A stretch of 64,000 bases of DNA from assembly GCA_963779815.1 (NCBI GenBank), contig CAVZZR010000001.1, positions 594,588 to 658,587 of the forward strand, written 5' to 3'. Under the pieces are notes generated by a model. The model had not been told where the DNA came from. It was given only the letters and a program-made list of their open reading frames with translations, and made no database searches. This document shows, one piece after another, positions 31,995 to 43,514 of this stretch. Origin of the DNA: an uncultured Actinomycetes bacterium (GTDB taxonomy: Bacteria; Actinomycetota; Thermoleophilia; Solirubrobacterales; 70-9). How positions within the stretch are numbered: position 1 is the first letter of the stretch; each line of letters begins with the position of its first letter. A program made the translations under genes and the position numbers.

Positions 31995-32830
31995 CTCGTC
32001 AGCGGCGGGCGGCTCGGGTGGCGCCGGAGGGGCGGGCGGCCGGGCGGCCGCTCGGTGCCGGCGGCGCGATCAGCCGCGCCTTTGCCGAGGAACGGCTCGA
32101 GCACGTCCATCGGCAGCGGGAAGACGACCGTGGTGTTCTGGTTGCTGCCGATTTCCAGCAGCGTCTGCAGGTAGCGCAGCTGCAGCGAGGCCGGGTTGGT
32201 GCTGATGATGTCGGCGGCGTCGGTGAGCTTCTGCGCCGCCTGGAACTCGCCCTCGGAGTTGATGATCTTCGCCCGCCGCTCGCGCTCGGCCTCGGCCTGG
32301 CGCGCCATCGCCCGCTGCATCTGCTCGGGGATCTCGACGTCCTTGATCTCGACCGCGGTGACCTTCACGCCCCAGGGCTCGGTCGACTCGTCGATGATCT
32401 TCTGCAGCTCTTCGTTGAGCCGCTCGCGGTCGGAGAGCAGCTGGTCGAGCTCGGCCTTGCCGAGCACCGAGCGCAGCGCCGTCTGCGAGATCTGCGAGGT
32501 CGCGACCAGGTAGTTCTCGACCTCGACGATCGGCCCGGTCGGAGTCGATGACGCGGAAGTAGGCGACCGCGTTGACGCGGCAGGGGACGTTGTCGCGGGT
32601 GATCACCTCCTGCGGCGGGATGTTCAGGGTCACCGTCCGCAGGTCGACCTTGACCATGCGGTCGATGAGCGGGATCAGCAGGATCAGGCCCGGCCCCTTC
32701 TGGGCGATCAGGCGCCCGAGGCGGAAGATGACGCCGCGCTCGTACTCGCGCAGGACCCGGACCGAGGCGCCGATCGCGATCAGCACGAAGAACGCGAGGA
32801 CGATGAGAATCCCGCCACTGCCTCCATCAG
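31995..32830 (-). CDS. SPFH/band-7 (stomatin-like) protein, 1-2 frameshifts
   Basis: [45 protein letters not shown] and C-terminal [27 protein letters not shown]. Confidence 0.7.
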
Positions 32831-33305
32831 CTGACTCCTTCGCTCGTCTGGGCCACGGGCTGCGGCTGCGGGCGCACCACCAGCGTCAGCCCGTCGACCG
32901 CCTCGACCTTGACTCTATCCCCCGCGCCGATCGGGGTCGCACCTGTCGGCCAGCCGGGCGCCCCAGAGCGTGCCCTCGAGCCAGACCTGCCCTCGGGTCG
33001 ATCGAGCTGCGGGCCTCGGCAGCGGAGCCGACCAGCTCCTCGGTGCCGGTCCGCGCCGGCTGCTCGCGGTGCGCCTCGATGACCTTGCGGGTGACGAAGT
33101 AGAAGGTGATCCCGGAGAGGAGGCCGAGGGTGATCAGCGCCGCGCCGGCGTAGTCGGCGGCGTTGCTGTCGGAGTCGAGGGCGACGAGCCCGGCGACGAT
33201 CAGCCCGGCGATCCCGATCACCGCGAGGATGCCGCCGGTCGGCAGCAGCAGCTCGGCGAGGAGCAGGCCGAAACCGACCAGGGCGATGATGACGAAGGCT
33301 TCCAT
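32827..33305 (-). CDS. NfeD-like short membrane protein (partner of stomatin), 1 frameshift
   Basis: N-terminal TM helices [40 protein letters not shown] and C-terminal OB-fold [18 protein letters not shown]; classic nfeD-stomatin operon order. Confidence 0.65.
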
Positions 33306-33314
33306 CGCCTCCGA

Positions 33315-33894
33315 TTATCCGCTCTTCCAGCGGCATAGCGGCGAACATCGGCTTCGAGGTCGGCGTCGTCGGCGTAGGGGCCTTGTTTGAGGTAGACGAG
33401 CTTGCCGCCGCGGTCGTAGAAGGCGGTGTCGGGGAGGCCGCCGAGGCCGCCGAGCGCGTCGCCGATGTCTTTGTCGGGGTCGCTGTAGCTGGGGTAGGGG
33501 ACCGGCGCCTCGTCGAGGAACGTCGCGGCGGCGTCGCTCGAGTCTTCGGAGTTGACGCCGAGGAAGGCGACCCTCTTGCCGTAGCGGGCGGAGAGCTTCT
33601 GCAGGGTCGGGAACTCGTGCCGGCAGGGCCCGCACCAGGAGGCCCAGACGTTGACGACGACCGGGTAGCCGCGCAGCGCGGCGATCCGCTTTTCGTAGGC
33701 GCGAGGCCCCCCGTCGAGCAGCTCGTTGGCCTGCTTGTGGAGGGCGGCCAGCGGCGGCGGGAGCCGGCCAGCGGCTTGTAGTCGGGGTGCTCGCCGCCGT
33801 AGTCGCCGCCGCTCGAGGAGCCGCAGCCGCTCGCGAGGAGGAGCGCCAGGGCCAGCGGCCGCCAGCGCCGGCAGTGGTCAAGTCGCGCATGCAT
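33315..33894 (-). CDS. TlpA/ResA-like thiol-disulfide oxidoreductase lipoprotein, 1 frameshift
   Basis: Lipobox LALALLLASGCGS; thioredoxin motif VVVNVWASWCGPCRHEFP...LGVNSED...PDTAFYDRGGKL. Confidence 0.65.
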
Positions 33895-34045
33895 CCGCTC
33901 CGTGGTTACAATACGTACGTTCGGTTCGCGGGACGCGGATCGCGTTGAGAACTCCGGGGGAAGATCCAGTCGAGCCCCGGCAGCCTCGTTCATTTGCCCC
34001 AGCCGCACTTCTCGTGTTCGGTGGGACGGAACCCGGAAGCCTTCT

Positions 34046-36538
34046 ATGGCCAAGACCAGCGACGTTGCCGCGGAGGCGGCAGTTCCTTCAAGCGCCGATA
34101 TCGAGCGTGCGGCGGCGTTCGCGCGCGAGCCCTTCCTGCTCGACGGCGAGGGGCCGGAGGCGCTGGCGCCCGGGACGGCCCGGCGGCGCGCGCTCGACGC
34201 GGCGCTGACCGAGATCGACGACGGCGCCGAGCACCCCTCGATCGAGTGGCGGCGGGACTTCTCGCTGCTGCTCGGGCTGGAGCGCTTCCTCGCCGACGAA
34301 CCGCCGAAGCTGCGCGACGGCGCCGAACTGAACCCGCACCAGGTCGACGCGCTCTCCGGGACCCTGGCCGAGCTGATGGCCCAGCAGCAGGTCGGCGGCG
34401 CCGAAGAGGCGGCGGAGCAACGGCAACGGCAACGGGGGTGCCGCCGCCGAGAGCCGAGGCGCGCCGCCGCGGCGGTGCCGCCGAGGACGACGAGGAGACG
34501 AGGACGAGGAGCTCGCCGACGACGAGGAGCCGCAGGACTGGGAGGAACGGCCCGCCGACGAGGACGAGGAGGTCGTCGAGGAGGCGCCCGAAGACCCCGG
34601 CGCCGCCCGCCGCTTCTGGTTCGAGCACGCGACCGGCGCCGGCAAGACCGTCGCCGCGGTCGGCTTCATCGAGGCGACCCGGACCGGCGGGGTGCTGATC
34701 CTCACCCACCGCCGCAACCTGGTCGACCAGTTCATCGGCGAGATCTCCGACCGCGGCTACAAGGAGCGGCTGCGGCCGCCGCTGCTGGACGGCCGCGACG
34801 ACCCCGACGGCCCGGTCACGGTCGAGACCTACCAGTGGTTCGTCCGCAACCACAAGAAGGTCTCCGACGCCTACTCGATCGTCATCTGCGACGAGGCGCA
34901 CACCGCACTGGGCGAGAAAACCAGCGCCTGCATCCGCGACCTGGGACGGCCCCGTCTTCATCGGCATGACCGCGACCGGGGCGCTGATCGCGCGCCACGT
35001 CGCCGACCTCTTCCCGACCCAGACCTCGCGCTTCGACCTCGCCCAGGCCGCTCGCCGCGGCGTCATCTCGCCGCTGCGCTGCCTGCGGATCCCGCCCGGG
35101 CCGGGGGTGCGGACGATCGCCAAGGTGCCGCTGCGCAAAGGCGAGGTCGACCAGGACTTCGACCAGGAGGAGCTGGCGGCGCTGCTCGACCAGGAGCCCT
35201 TCAACGTCGCCATCGCCGACCTCTACCGCTCGCGCTTCCGCAAGGTCCCCGGCGTCCTCTACACGGCCGGCGTCCAGCACGCGAAGAACGTCGCCAAAGC
35301 CTTCCGCAACGCCGGCATCAACGCCCAGGCGGTCTCCGGCGAGACGCCGAAGCGCGAGCTGGCCGAAATCCTCGCCGGCTTCGAGCGCGGCGACCGTCGA
35401 CGTGCTCTGCAACGCGATGCTGCTGGCCGAGGGCTGGAACTCGCCGCGGGCGACGATCTGCATGCACCTGGCGCCGACCGCCTCGCGGCGGATCTACCAG
35501 CAGCGGGTCGGCCGCGTCACCCGGCGGGCGCCGGGCAAGGAGGCGGGGCTGGTCATCGACTTCGTCCACCCGGCGACCACCCACGACGAGACGATCGTCA
35601 CCCTCCACAGCCTGCTCGACCGCGACGTCTACCGCGGCGGCGCGATCGTCGTCGGGCCGGTGCGGCGCGGGCGCGGGCGCAAGGTCCGGGTCGAGCGGCG
35701 GATCGTGCCCGTCTCCGACGTCGAGGAGAAACGGATGGAGGTGCTGGAACGGGAGATCTGGCGGATCGCGGTCGAGAACCTCGACTACCCCGAGCAGCAC
35801 GCCTGGGCGGCGCTGGCCGGGGCCCGGGTCAACACCCAGGGCTGGCGGCGGGCGCGGGCGATGCTGCAGAACGACCGGACCAAGGAGCTGCGCCGCCGCT
35901 TCCTGCTGACCTGCGTGCAGCGCAACCGCAACGCGCAGCTGCGGCTGAAAGCGCTGGGGGAGATCGCCGACCTCGGCGACCCCGAGGCCTTCGACGACGC
36001 GATCGACATCGTCGGCACCTGGAGCCGCGAGGACAAACGGGCGGGGACGAAGACGCTGCTGCAGGCGCTGGTCGACAAGCGGATCGGCCGCCGCGACCAG
36101 GCGCAGGCGTGGGTCTGGCGGCTCGCCTCCTACACCCGCGAGCTGCACGAGGAGTACGCGGTGCAGCGCTGGCCGGAGACCAAGCGCCTGCTCGGCCTGC
36201 TGGTCAACTCCTCCGGCCGCGGCGCACGGGCGCAACGCGCGGCGGCTGGTGCACGCGGCCCGCAAACAGGACCGGCGCCTGGCGGTGGCGCTGCTGGCGG
36301 CCGCGGTCTCCCACACGCCCGAGGGCGAGGAGGTGCTGCGCGGGGCGCGGATGCGGATGGCGCGGAAACCCTCGGCGGTCGCCCGCGAGCTGCTGACGCA
36401 ACTTCCCCAAAGGCGGCAAGCGCCGGCGCAAGCGGAAACGCAACAAAGCGGTCCGGGCGAGGCAACGGCGCTGCGCCGGAGGCCAAGCAGAACGGCGGGC
36501 GGCGGAACTCGAAGAAGCGGAGCTCCTCAGGAGCTGGT
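34046..36538 (+). CDS. Superfamily-2 DEAD/DEAH-box helicase with alpha-helical-repeat C-terminal domain and basic tail, about 4 frameshifts
   Basis: Motif I HATGAGKTVAAV, motif II ICDEAHT, motif III GMTAT, motif VI QQRVGRVTRR; C-terminal repeats (LRLKALGEIADLGDPEAFDDAI...) then a KRRRKRKRNK tail ending about 36538. Confidence 0.65.
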
Positions 36539-37285
36539 GAGGTGGACCTCGCCGGCTCCGACGGTGATGCGGTCTCCGCTGGGGGTGACGACGACGAGGT
36601 AACCCCGGTCGTCGACACCGTCGGCGACGCCTGAGCCGCCGTCCCAGGCGACCTCGCTTCCTCGTAGTGCGTCGCGTTTGCGCCAGGCGGCGAGCACTTC
36701 CGCTGGGTCGGCCTCTACCCAGTGGTTCAGGCGGCTGTTGAGGGGGACCAGGAGAGGGGGGTCGGCGGACAACAGCGGGGAGGGTCCGGCGACCCCCCTC
36801 TCCTGGTCCCCTTGTCGGGGGTGAAGAGCGAGGTTGCTCGGGCGCGGATGTCGCTCGGGGAACTCGTCGGGATGGATGTAGAGGTTCAGGCCTATGCCGA
36901 TTACTGCCCAGCCGTCCTGGGGTCGTGCCTCGATCAGGACCCCGGCCAGCTTCTTGCCCTCGACCTGGATGTCGTTCGGCCACTTCACCCTGCACTTGAG
37001 GTCGGGGTTCAGCTCCTCTGCTGCCTCGCAGACGGCGAGGGGGGCGGCTAGGGGGAGCAGCGGGTGGTGCTCCTCTAGGGGGCGGACGATTGCCGAGTAG
37101 AGGAGGGCTTTGCCGGGTGGGGCGGTCCAGGTGCGGCCCTGGCGCCCGCGGCCGGCGGTCTGCTCCCCGGCGGTGACTACGGTGCCGTGGGGGGCGCCCG
37201 CGGCGGCCAGCTCCCGGGCGCGGGTGTTGGTCGAGTCCGTCGAGCGGAAGTGCCTATGCGGGGTGCCGAACGTCATCAACGGCCG
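36527..37285 (-). CDS. birA: Biotin--[acetyl-CoA-carboxylase] ligase
   Basis: GRGRQGRTW, KWPNDIQVEGKKLAGVLIE, C-terminal SH3-like; the upstream HemD reading frame reads into it without a stop. Confidence 0.8.
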   Translation of the reverse strand, partial: RPLMTFGTPHRHFRSTDSTNTRARELAAAGAPHGTVVTAGEQTAGRGRQGRTWTAPPGKALLYSAIVRPLEEHHPLLPLAAPLAVCEAAEELNPDLKCRVKWPNDIQVEGKKLAGVLIEARPQDGWAVIGIGLNLYIHPDEFPERHPRPSNLALHPRQGDQERGVAGPSPLLSADPPLLVPLNSRLNHWVEADPAEVLAAWRKRDALRGSEVAWDGGSGVADGVDDRGYLVVVTPSGDRITVGAGEVHLTSS

Positions 37286-38774
37286 CGTCCTCAGAGGGGA
37301 GAGGCCGTCGATGTCGTGGCGCTCGGCTTCGACGTTGACCTCGAGGCCGGCGGCGCGGACGGTCTCGCTGGTGATCGGGCCGATCGAGACGATGCGGGCG
37401 TCGCCGGGGAAGCGGTCGCCGAGCGCCTCGGTCAGGTTGGTGACGGTCGAGGACGAGGTGAAGGTGACGTAGTCGGCGTCCTGGGCCGCCTCGACCGCCT
37501 CGTCGTCCGGCTGCTCGCGCACGGTCTCGTAGAGGGCGACGACGTCGACCTCGGCGCCGCGCTCGCGCAGGGCGTCGGGGAGGACGTCGCGCGCCTCGGC
37601 GGCGCGGGCGACGAGGACGCGCGCGCCGGCGACCTCCTGGCCCTCCAGCGCTTCGACCAGCCCCTCGGCGACGAAGCGCTCCGGGACGACGTCGGCGAGC
37701 ACTCCCGCGCTCGGCCAGGGCGCGGGCGGTGCCGGGGCCGATCGCCGCGACGGTGACGCCGGCAAGGGCGCGGGCGTCGAGGCCGGCGTTCTCCAGCGCC
37801 TCGAAGAGCAGGCGGACGCCGTTGGGGCTGGTCAGGCAGACCAGCGCGTAGTCGCCGAGCGCGCCGGCGACTTTCCGTACCTCCTCGCTGTCGATCCGCG
37901 GCTCGATCCGGATCGCCGGCAGCTCGACCACCTCGGCGCCGAGCCCGCGCAGCGTCGCCGCCAGGCCGCTGGCCTGGGCGCGGGCGCGGGTGACGACTAC
38001 GCGGCGGCCGTGCAGGGGTCGCCGCTCGAGCCATTCGAGGTCCTCGCGACGCCGCGCGACCGCGCCGACGACGATCAGCGCCGGCGCCTTGATCTCCTCG
38101 CGCTCGACCGCCTCGGCGATCGTCCCCAGGGTCGCGGCGACGGTCCGCTGCCCCGGCCAGGTCCCGCGTTCGATCGCCGCCGCGGGCTCCTCCGCGTCGC
38201 GGCCCGCCTCGATCAGCGCCGCCGCGTTCTCGGCCAGCCGTTTGACCCCCATGTAGAAGACGAGCGTCCCCGGGAAGCGCGCGAGCGCCTCCCAGTCGAG
38301 CGCGCTCCCGGCCTTCTCCGGGTCCTCGTGGCCGGTGACGAAGGCGACCGCGGAGGCGTCGTCGCGGTGGGTGACGGGAATGCCGGCGTAGGCGGTGGCG
38401 GCGACGCCGGCGGTCACGCCCGGCACCACCTCGAACTCGACCCCGGCCGCGCGCAGCGCTTCGCCCTCCTCGCCGCCGCGGCCGAAGACGAACGGGTCGC
38501 CGCCCTTGAGGCGGACGACGCTCTTGCCGGCCCGCGCGGCCTCGACCAGCCGCTCGCCGATCTCCTCCTGGGGGACCGAGGGCACACCCGGCTGCTTGCC
38601 GACGTAGACGAGCTCGGCCTCGTCGCGGGCGCCGTCGAGCGCGCCCGGCGGGATCAGGCGGTCGTAGAAGATCGCGTCGGCCGCGGCGATCAGCTCCAGC
38701 GAGCGCGCCGTCATCAGCCCCGGGTCGCCCGGACCCGCCCCCACCAGGTAGACGACTCCGGCGCGCACACTCAT
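37286..38774 (-). CDS. hemD: Bifunctional uroporphyrinogen-III C-methyltransferase / uroporphyrinogen-III synthase (CobA-HemD fusion), 1 frameshift
   Basis: CobA domain [15 protein letters not shown]...[21 protein letters not shown]; HemD domain from about 38000 downward ([18 protein letters not shown]...). Confidence 0.75.
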
Positions 38775-38823
38775 TCGCCTGTTCCTTTCCGGTCCAGGGC
38801 AACGAAAAGGAACAGACGGATGG

Positions 38824-39705
38824 TCACGCTTGGGCCTCGGCGCGGTCGAGGATCTCGCGGGCGCCGGCGCCGAGCAGGCGCTCGGCGAGTTCGGCGCCGG
38901 CGAGTGCCGGCTCTTCGGCGCTTCCCTCGAGCTGGTCGCGCATCCACTCGCTGCCGTCGGGAAGGCCGACGAAGGCGTCGATCTCGATCCGCTCGCCCTC
39001 GACCCGGGCGTGCACCCCGAGCGGGGTGGCGCAGCTCGCCCCGAGGAGGGCGACGACGGCCCGCTCGGCGGTCAGCTCCCGCATCGCCCGCAGGTCGCCG
39101 ATCGCTCCCGCGGCCTCGCTCGTCTCGAGGTCGTCGACCCGCGCCTGCAGCGCCAGCGCCCCCTGGCCGGCCGCCGGCACCATCCGACTCGACCGGCAGC
39201 GCGAACCCGATCTCCGCCTCGCGCCCTAGCCGGCGCAGGCCGGCGGCGGCGAGGACGATCGCGTCCAGTTCGCCCTCCGCCAGCTTGCGCAGGCGGGTGT
39301 CGACGTTGCCGTGCAGCTCCTCCACCCGCAGGTCGGGCCGCGCCGCCAGCAGCTGGGCGCGGCGGCGCAGGCTGGCGGTCCCGACCCGCGCTGCCCTCGG
39401 GAACGTCCTCGAGCGAGCCGCCGGCGCCGATCCAGACGTCGGCGGGGTCCTCGCGCTCGGGCACCGCGGCGATCTCCAGCTCCGCCGGCATCTCCCCCGG
39501 CAGGTCCTTGGCCGAATGGACGCCGAGCTCGGCCTCGCCCGCGAGCAGCGCCCGCTCGACGCCGCGGACGAAGCGCGACTTGTCCCCCGGCTCGCCGTCG
39601 GAGCTCGCCTCGACCAGCTCGGCGCCGCCGAGGCGCTCGGCGACCCAGCCCGCCTGGGTCAGGGCGAGCTTGCTACCCCGCGTCGCGATCCGCAAGGCCT
39701 CAGCC
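38824..39705 (-). CDS. hemC: Porphobilinogen deaminase (hydroxymethylbilane synthase), 2 frameshifts
   Basis: [58 protein letters not shown]. Confidence 0.75.
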
Positions 39706-41041
39706 CTTTTTGCGATCGCGGCGCAGCTCGGTGACGTTGTCGGCGCGACCCTCCGCCTCGGGCTCGGTCTCGACGTCGAGGCCGAACAGCTCGCGCAGGG
39801 CGCTGACGTAGTGGTAGGCGTCGTCGCTGCCGGCCGAGCGGCGCATCCGCAGCGTCGGCTCGTGCAGCAGCCGCGAGGCGATCGCCTTCGCCATCGTCTC
39901 CAACCGCTCGCGGTCGGCCGTCGCTGAGGCTCTCCCAGCGGCTCTCGTTCTCGGCCAGCACCCGGCGCACGACCTCGTCGCCGCGCTCGCGCAGGGCGGC
40001 TGATCGTCGGCACCACCTCGAGCGAGGCGAGCCAGCGCTCGAAGCGGTCGAGCTCGGCCTCGATGATCCGCTCGGCCCGCGCCGCCTCGGCCTCGCGGCC
40101 GCCTGCGTTGCGTTCGACGATCTGCTGCACGTCGTCGATGTCGTGGACGCTGACGCCGGCGATCTCGCGGCAGGCCGGCTCGATGTCGCGCGGCACGGCG
40201 AGGTCGATCGCCAGCAGCGGCCGCTCCGGGCGCTGTGCCATCACCTGCCCGAGCCCGTCGCGCTCGACGATGTGGTGCGGCGAGTTGGTCGCGCGAGACG
40301 ACGATGTCGGCGCCTGTCAGCTGCTCGGGCAGCTCTTCGAAGCGGACGGCGGTGCCGTCGAAGCGCTGGGCCAGGCCGATCGCCCGGTCGTAGTGGCGGT
40401 TGGCGACGAAGACGGTGGCGACGCCGCGGGCGACCAGCGCCTTGGCGACCAGCTCGGCGGTCTCGCCGGCGCCGACGACCAGCACCCGCCGCTCGGAGAG
40501 GTCGCCGAGCGCCCGCCGCGCCAGCTCGACCGCGACCGAGGGGATCGAGACGCCCTTCTCGCTGATCCCGGTCTCCTCGCGGGCGCGGCCGCCGGCGGAG
40601 AGGGCGCCGCGGAAGAGGCGGTTGAGGATCGGCCCGGTCGCCGCCCTCGACCAGGGCCAGCTCGTAGGCGCGTTTGACCTGGCCCTGGATCTCGGCCTCG
40701 CCGAGGATCATCGAGTCGAGCCCGGCGGTGACCCGCAGCAGGTGCCGGGCGGCCTCGCTGGCGCGCAGCGAGTAGAGGTGGCCGAGCAGCTCGGTCGGGC
40801 GGATCTCGGCCTGGCGGGTGAGGACGCCGAGCGCGGTCGACTCGGCCTCGACCGGGTCGGAGACGATCAGGTAGAGCTCGGTGCGGTTGCAGGTCGAGAT
40901 CGCCGCCGCCTCGTGGATCCCGGCCGCCGCGGTCAGCTCGCGCAGCGCGCCGACGGCGCGGCCCTCGGTCAGCGAGAGGCGCTCGCGCAGCTCCAGCGGC
41001 GCGGTCTTGTGGGAGACGCCGAGGGCAAGCAGCTCGGACAT
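39700..41041 (-). CDS. hemA: Glutamyl-tRNA reductase, 2 frameshifts
   Basis: MSELLALGVSHKTAPLELRERLSL, STCNRTELY, Rossmann MLVVGAGETAELVAKAL. Confidence 0.75.
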
Positions 41042-41099
41042 CAGCGTCGCCTCCTCCGCTCCCGTGAGCCGCCAAGGGTCGTCTCGCTCCCGCGTCCGG

Positions 41100-41292
41100 G
41101 GGCGACGCTGCGGCGTCCTCGTCGCGTCCTCGGCGATCGCCGCCACCTCGCGCAGTTCGCGCTCGATCCGCTGCAGTTTCGCCGCCATGATCGCGACGTA
41201 GACGACGAGCAGGACGACGAAGACGACGTAGGCGCCGGCGACGTACTTGCCGGCCTCGTCGAGCGGCAGCGCCGGGGCCGGCGAGCAGCAGG
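41100..41292 (-). CDS. ccmD: CcmD-like small heme-exporter subunit (single TM), frameshifted; boundaries uncertain
   Basis: MDDPAGPAPALPLDEAGKYVAGAYVVFVVLLVVYVAIMAAKLQRIEREL reconstructed across frames; its frame reads on into hemA. Confidence 0.35.
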
Positions 41293-41319
41293 ATCGTCCA
41301 TCAGCTCACCTCCGGGGCG

Positions 41320-42027
41320 ATCCGCGAGCTGCCGCCGCGGGCCGGGCGCGTCGAGGGCGCGGCGCAGGCGCTTGACCTGGCCGGAGGCGCTCTTCGCGGT
41401 CAGCTCGAACTTGACCAGGGTCACCCAGAGCAGCGCCATCGCCGCCAGGCAGCAGAGGAAGGTCAGCATCATCGAGCCGGGCAGGCCGCCGTTCGGCGGT
41501 GGCGAAGACGCGCGGGTGGACGAGGCTCTGGGCCATCCGCACGGCCATGAAGTTGAGCGGCACGAAGGCGCCGGCGGTGATCGCGAAGACCGAGGCGTAG
41601 CGGGCCTGGCGCTCGCGGTCCTCGATCGCGTAGCGGAAGGGGTAGTAGGTCGCGTAGAGGAGGAAGACGATCAGGAAGCTGACCAGGGTCGGCTCGTCCC
41701 AGACCCACCAGTGCCCCCAGGAGGCCTTGGCCCAGATCGAGCCGGTGATCAGCACCGCGACGCCGAAGATCACCGAGATGTGGATCGAGACGTAGGAGTA
41801 GGCGTCCCACTTGCGGTCGCCGCTGCGCAGGTGGAGGATCGCGAAGACGCCGCCGACGACGAAGCCGACCAGCGGCGACGATCGCCAGCGGCACGTGCAG
41901 GTAGAAGATCTTCTGGATGAAGCCCTGGTCGGCGTCGAGCGGCGCGTAGAAGAAGACCAGCGAGAGCGACAGCGCGAGCATCGCCACGGTGGCGATCGAG
42001 AGGGGTCTTCAGTCCTTTGCCGTACAT
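41320..42027 (-). CDS. ccmC: Heme exporter protein C (CcmC), about 2 frameshifts
   Basis: WWD domain WGHWWVWDEPTLVS plus flanking TM helices. Confidence 0.7.
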
Positions 42028-42039
42028 GCTTCGCGGGGG

Positions 42040-42756
42040 GGGTGGACGCGTGGCGCCCGGTCAGTCCTCGAGGAGGAAGTCGAAGACCGCGTAGCCGACC
42101 AGGCCGAAGATCAGATCGTATAGGCCGAGGACCATCAGCCAGGTGCCGAAGCGGTGGTAACCGGGACCGCCCAGCCGCCAGCAGCGGCTCGGTGGCGCCG
42201 GTGGCGGCGATCATCAGCGGCACCACCAGCGGCAGCAGGACCAGCGGCACCAGCAGGTCGCGGGCGCGCGAGTTGACCGCCATCGAGGAGATCAGGGTGC
42301 CGGTCGCGGCGAGACCGAGGTCGGCGAGCAGCGAGGACCGCGACCAGCGGGCCGCAGGCCGCGGCCGCCGTCGAGGAAGAAGAGGGCGAAGATCGGCACG
42401 GCGACCAGCTCCAGGGCGCCAGCAGGTAGATGAGCAGCGCCGCCGCCTTGGCGGCGAAGAGGACGCTGCGGTCGATCGGCGCGAGCCGGATCGCGTCGAA
42501 GCCGCCCTCCTCGCGCTCGGCGACGAAGAGGCGGTTGATCCCGAGCACCGCGGCGAACAGCAGCGTCGCCCAGAGCACGCCGGCGGCGAGGCTGCCGGAG
42601 AGGCTGGGTGCGGTCGAGGCCGAAGCGGAAGATGACGAAGGTGGTGACGGCGAACAGCGCCATCGCCGGCAGCGACTGCAGGGTCCGCAGCTCCGAGCGC
42701 AGGTCCTTGGCGAGGATCGCGGCGAAGGCGGCGCGGGAGGGGGTCACGAGCACCAC
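42040..42756 (-). CDS. ccmB: Heme exporter protein B (CcmB), about 2 frameshifts
   Basis: CcmB-type TM segments (MVLVTPSRAAFAAILAKDLRSELRTLQSLPAMALFAVTTFVIFRFG...). Confidence 0.6.
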
Positions 42757-43416
42757 CGCCCGTCTCGCCGATCCCCAGCCGCAGCACCTGGTCGGCTTCG
42801 GGCACGTGGCGGTCGGGGTCGTGGGTGACGACGACGCGGGTGCGCCCGGCGCCGGGGCCGATCAGCCCGCGCGCCAGCTCGCGACCCTCGGCGTCGAGGT
42901 TGGAGTCGGGCTCGTCGAGCAGCAGCAGCTCCGGCTCGTGCAGGACGCAGCGGCAGATCGCCAGCCGCTGGCGCATCCCGGCCGAGAGCTCGGCGACCCG
43001 CTCGTCGGCGCGGCGCTCCATCCCGACGGCGCCGAGCAGCTCCTCGATCCGCGCCTCGGCCTCGGCGCGCCGGCGATCCCGTGCAGGCGCGCCGTGGAAG
43101 CGCAGGTTCTCGCGGCCGCTGAGGTCGCGGTAGAGCAGCGGCTCGTGGCCGAGGTAGCCGATCCGGCCGCGCAGCTTCCAGGCCTCGTCCGGCAGCGAGC
43201 AGCCGAGCACCGAGACCTCGCCGCCGCTGGGGCGCAGCAGCGTCGCGAGGATCCGCAGCAGCGTCGTCTTGCCGGCGCCGTTGGGCCCGAGCACGACCAG
43301 CGAGTCGCCGGCCAGCCAGCTCGAGGTCGACGCCGTCGAGCGCCGGCCGGTCGCCGTAGTCGCGCCGCAGCCCGGCGAGTGCGATCGCGGCCGGCCTGAT
43401 CCTGCGCGGGGGGCAT
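42753..43416 (-). CDS. ccmA: Heme exporter ATP-binding protein A (CcmA), 1 frameshift
   Basis: Walker A GPNGAGKTT, signature LSAGMRQRL, Walker B LLLLDEP. Confidence 0.7.
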
Positions 43417-43514
43417 CGCGGGGATTCTGCACCGTCGCCCGTCGATCGCGGCTTCTTCGCGTAGGCTGCCGCGGCAATTTCGCCAGGGGCGTACGCCGCC
43501 TCTAAGGAGGATCG

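Noticed and set aside
32827-34053. A 408-aa ORF (32827-34053 minus) taken as a single protein
   Set aside because: It is a chimeric frame. Its start is the TlpA-like lipoprotein N-terminus and its end is the NfeD C-terminal OB-fold. The middle is a Pro/Ser/Thr-rich out-of-frame translation of the TlpA gene.
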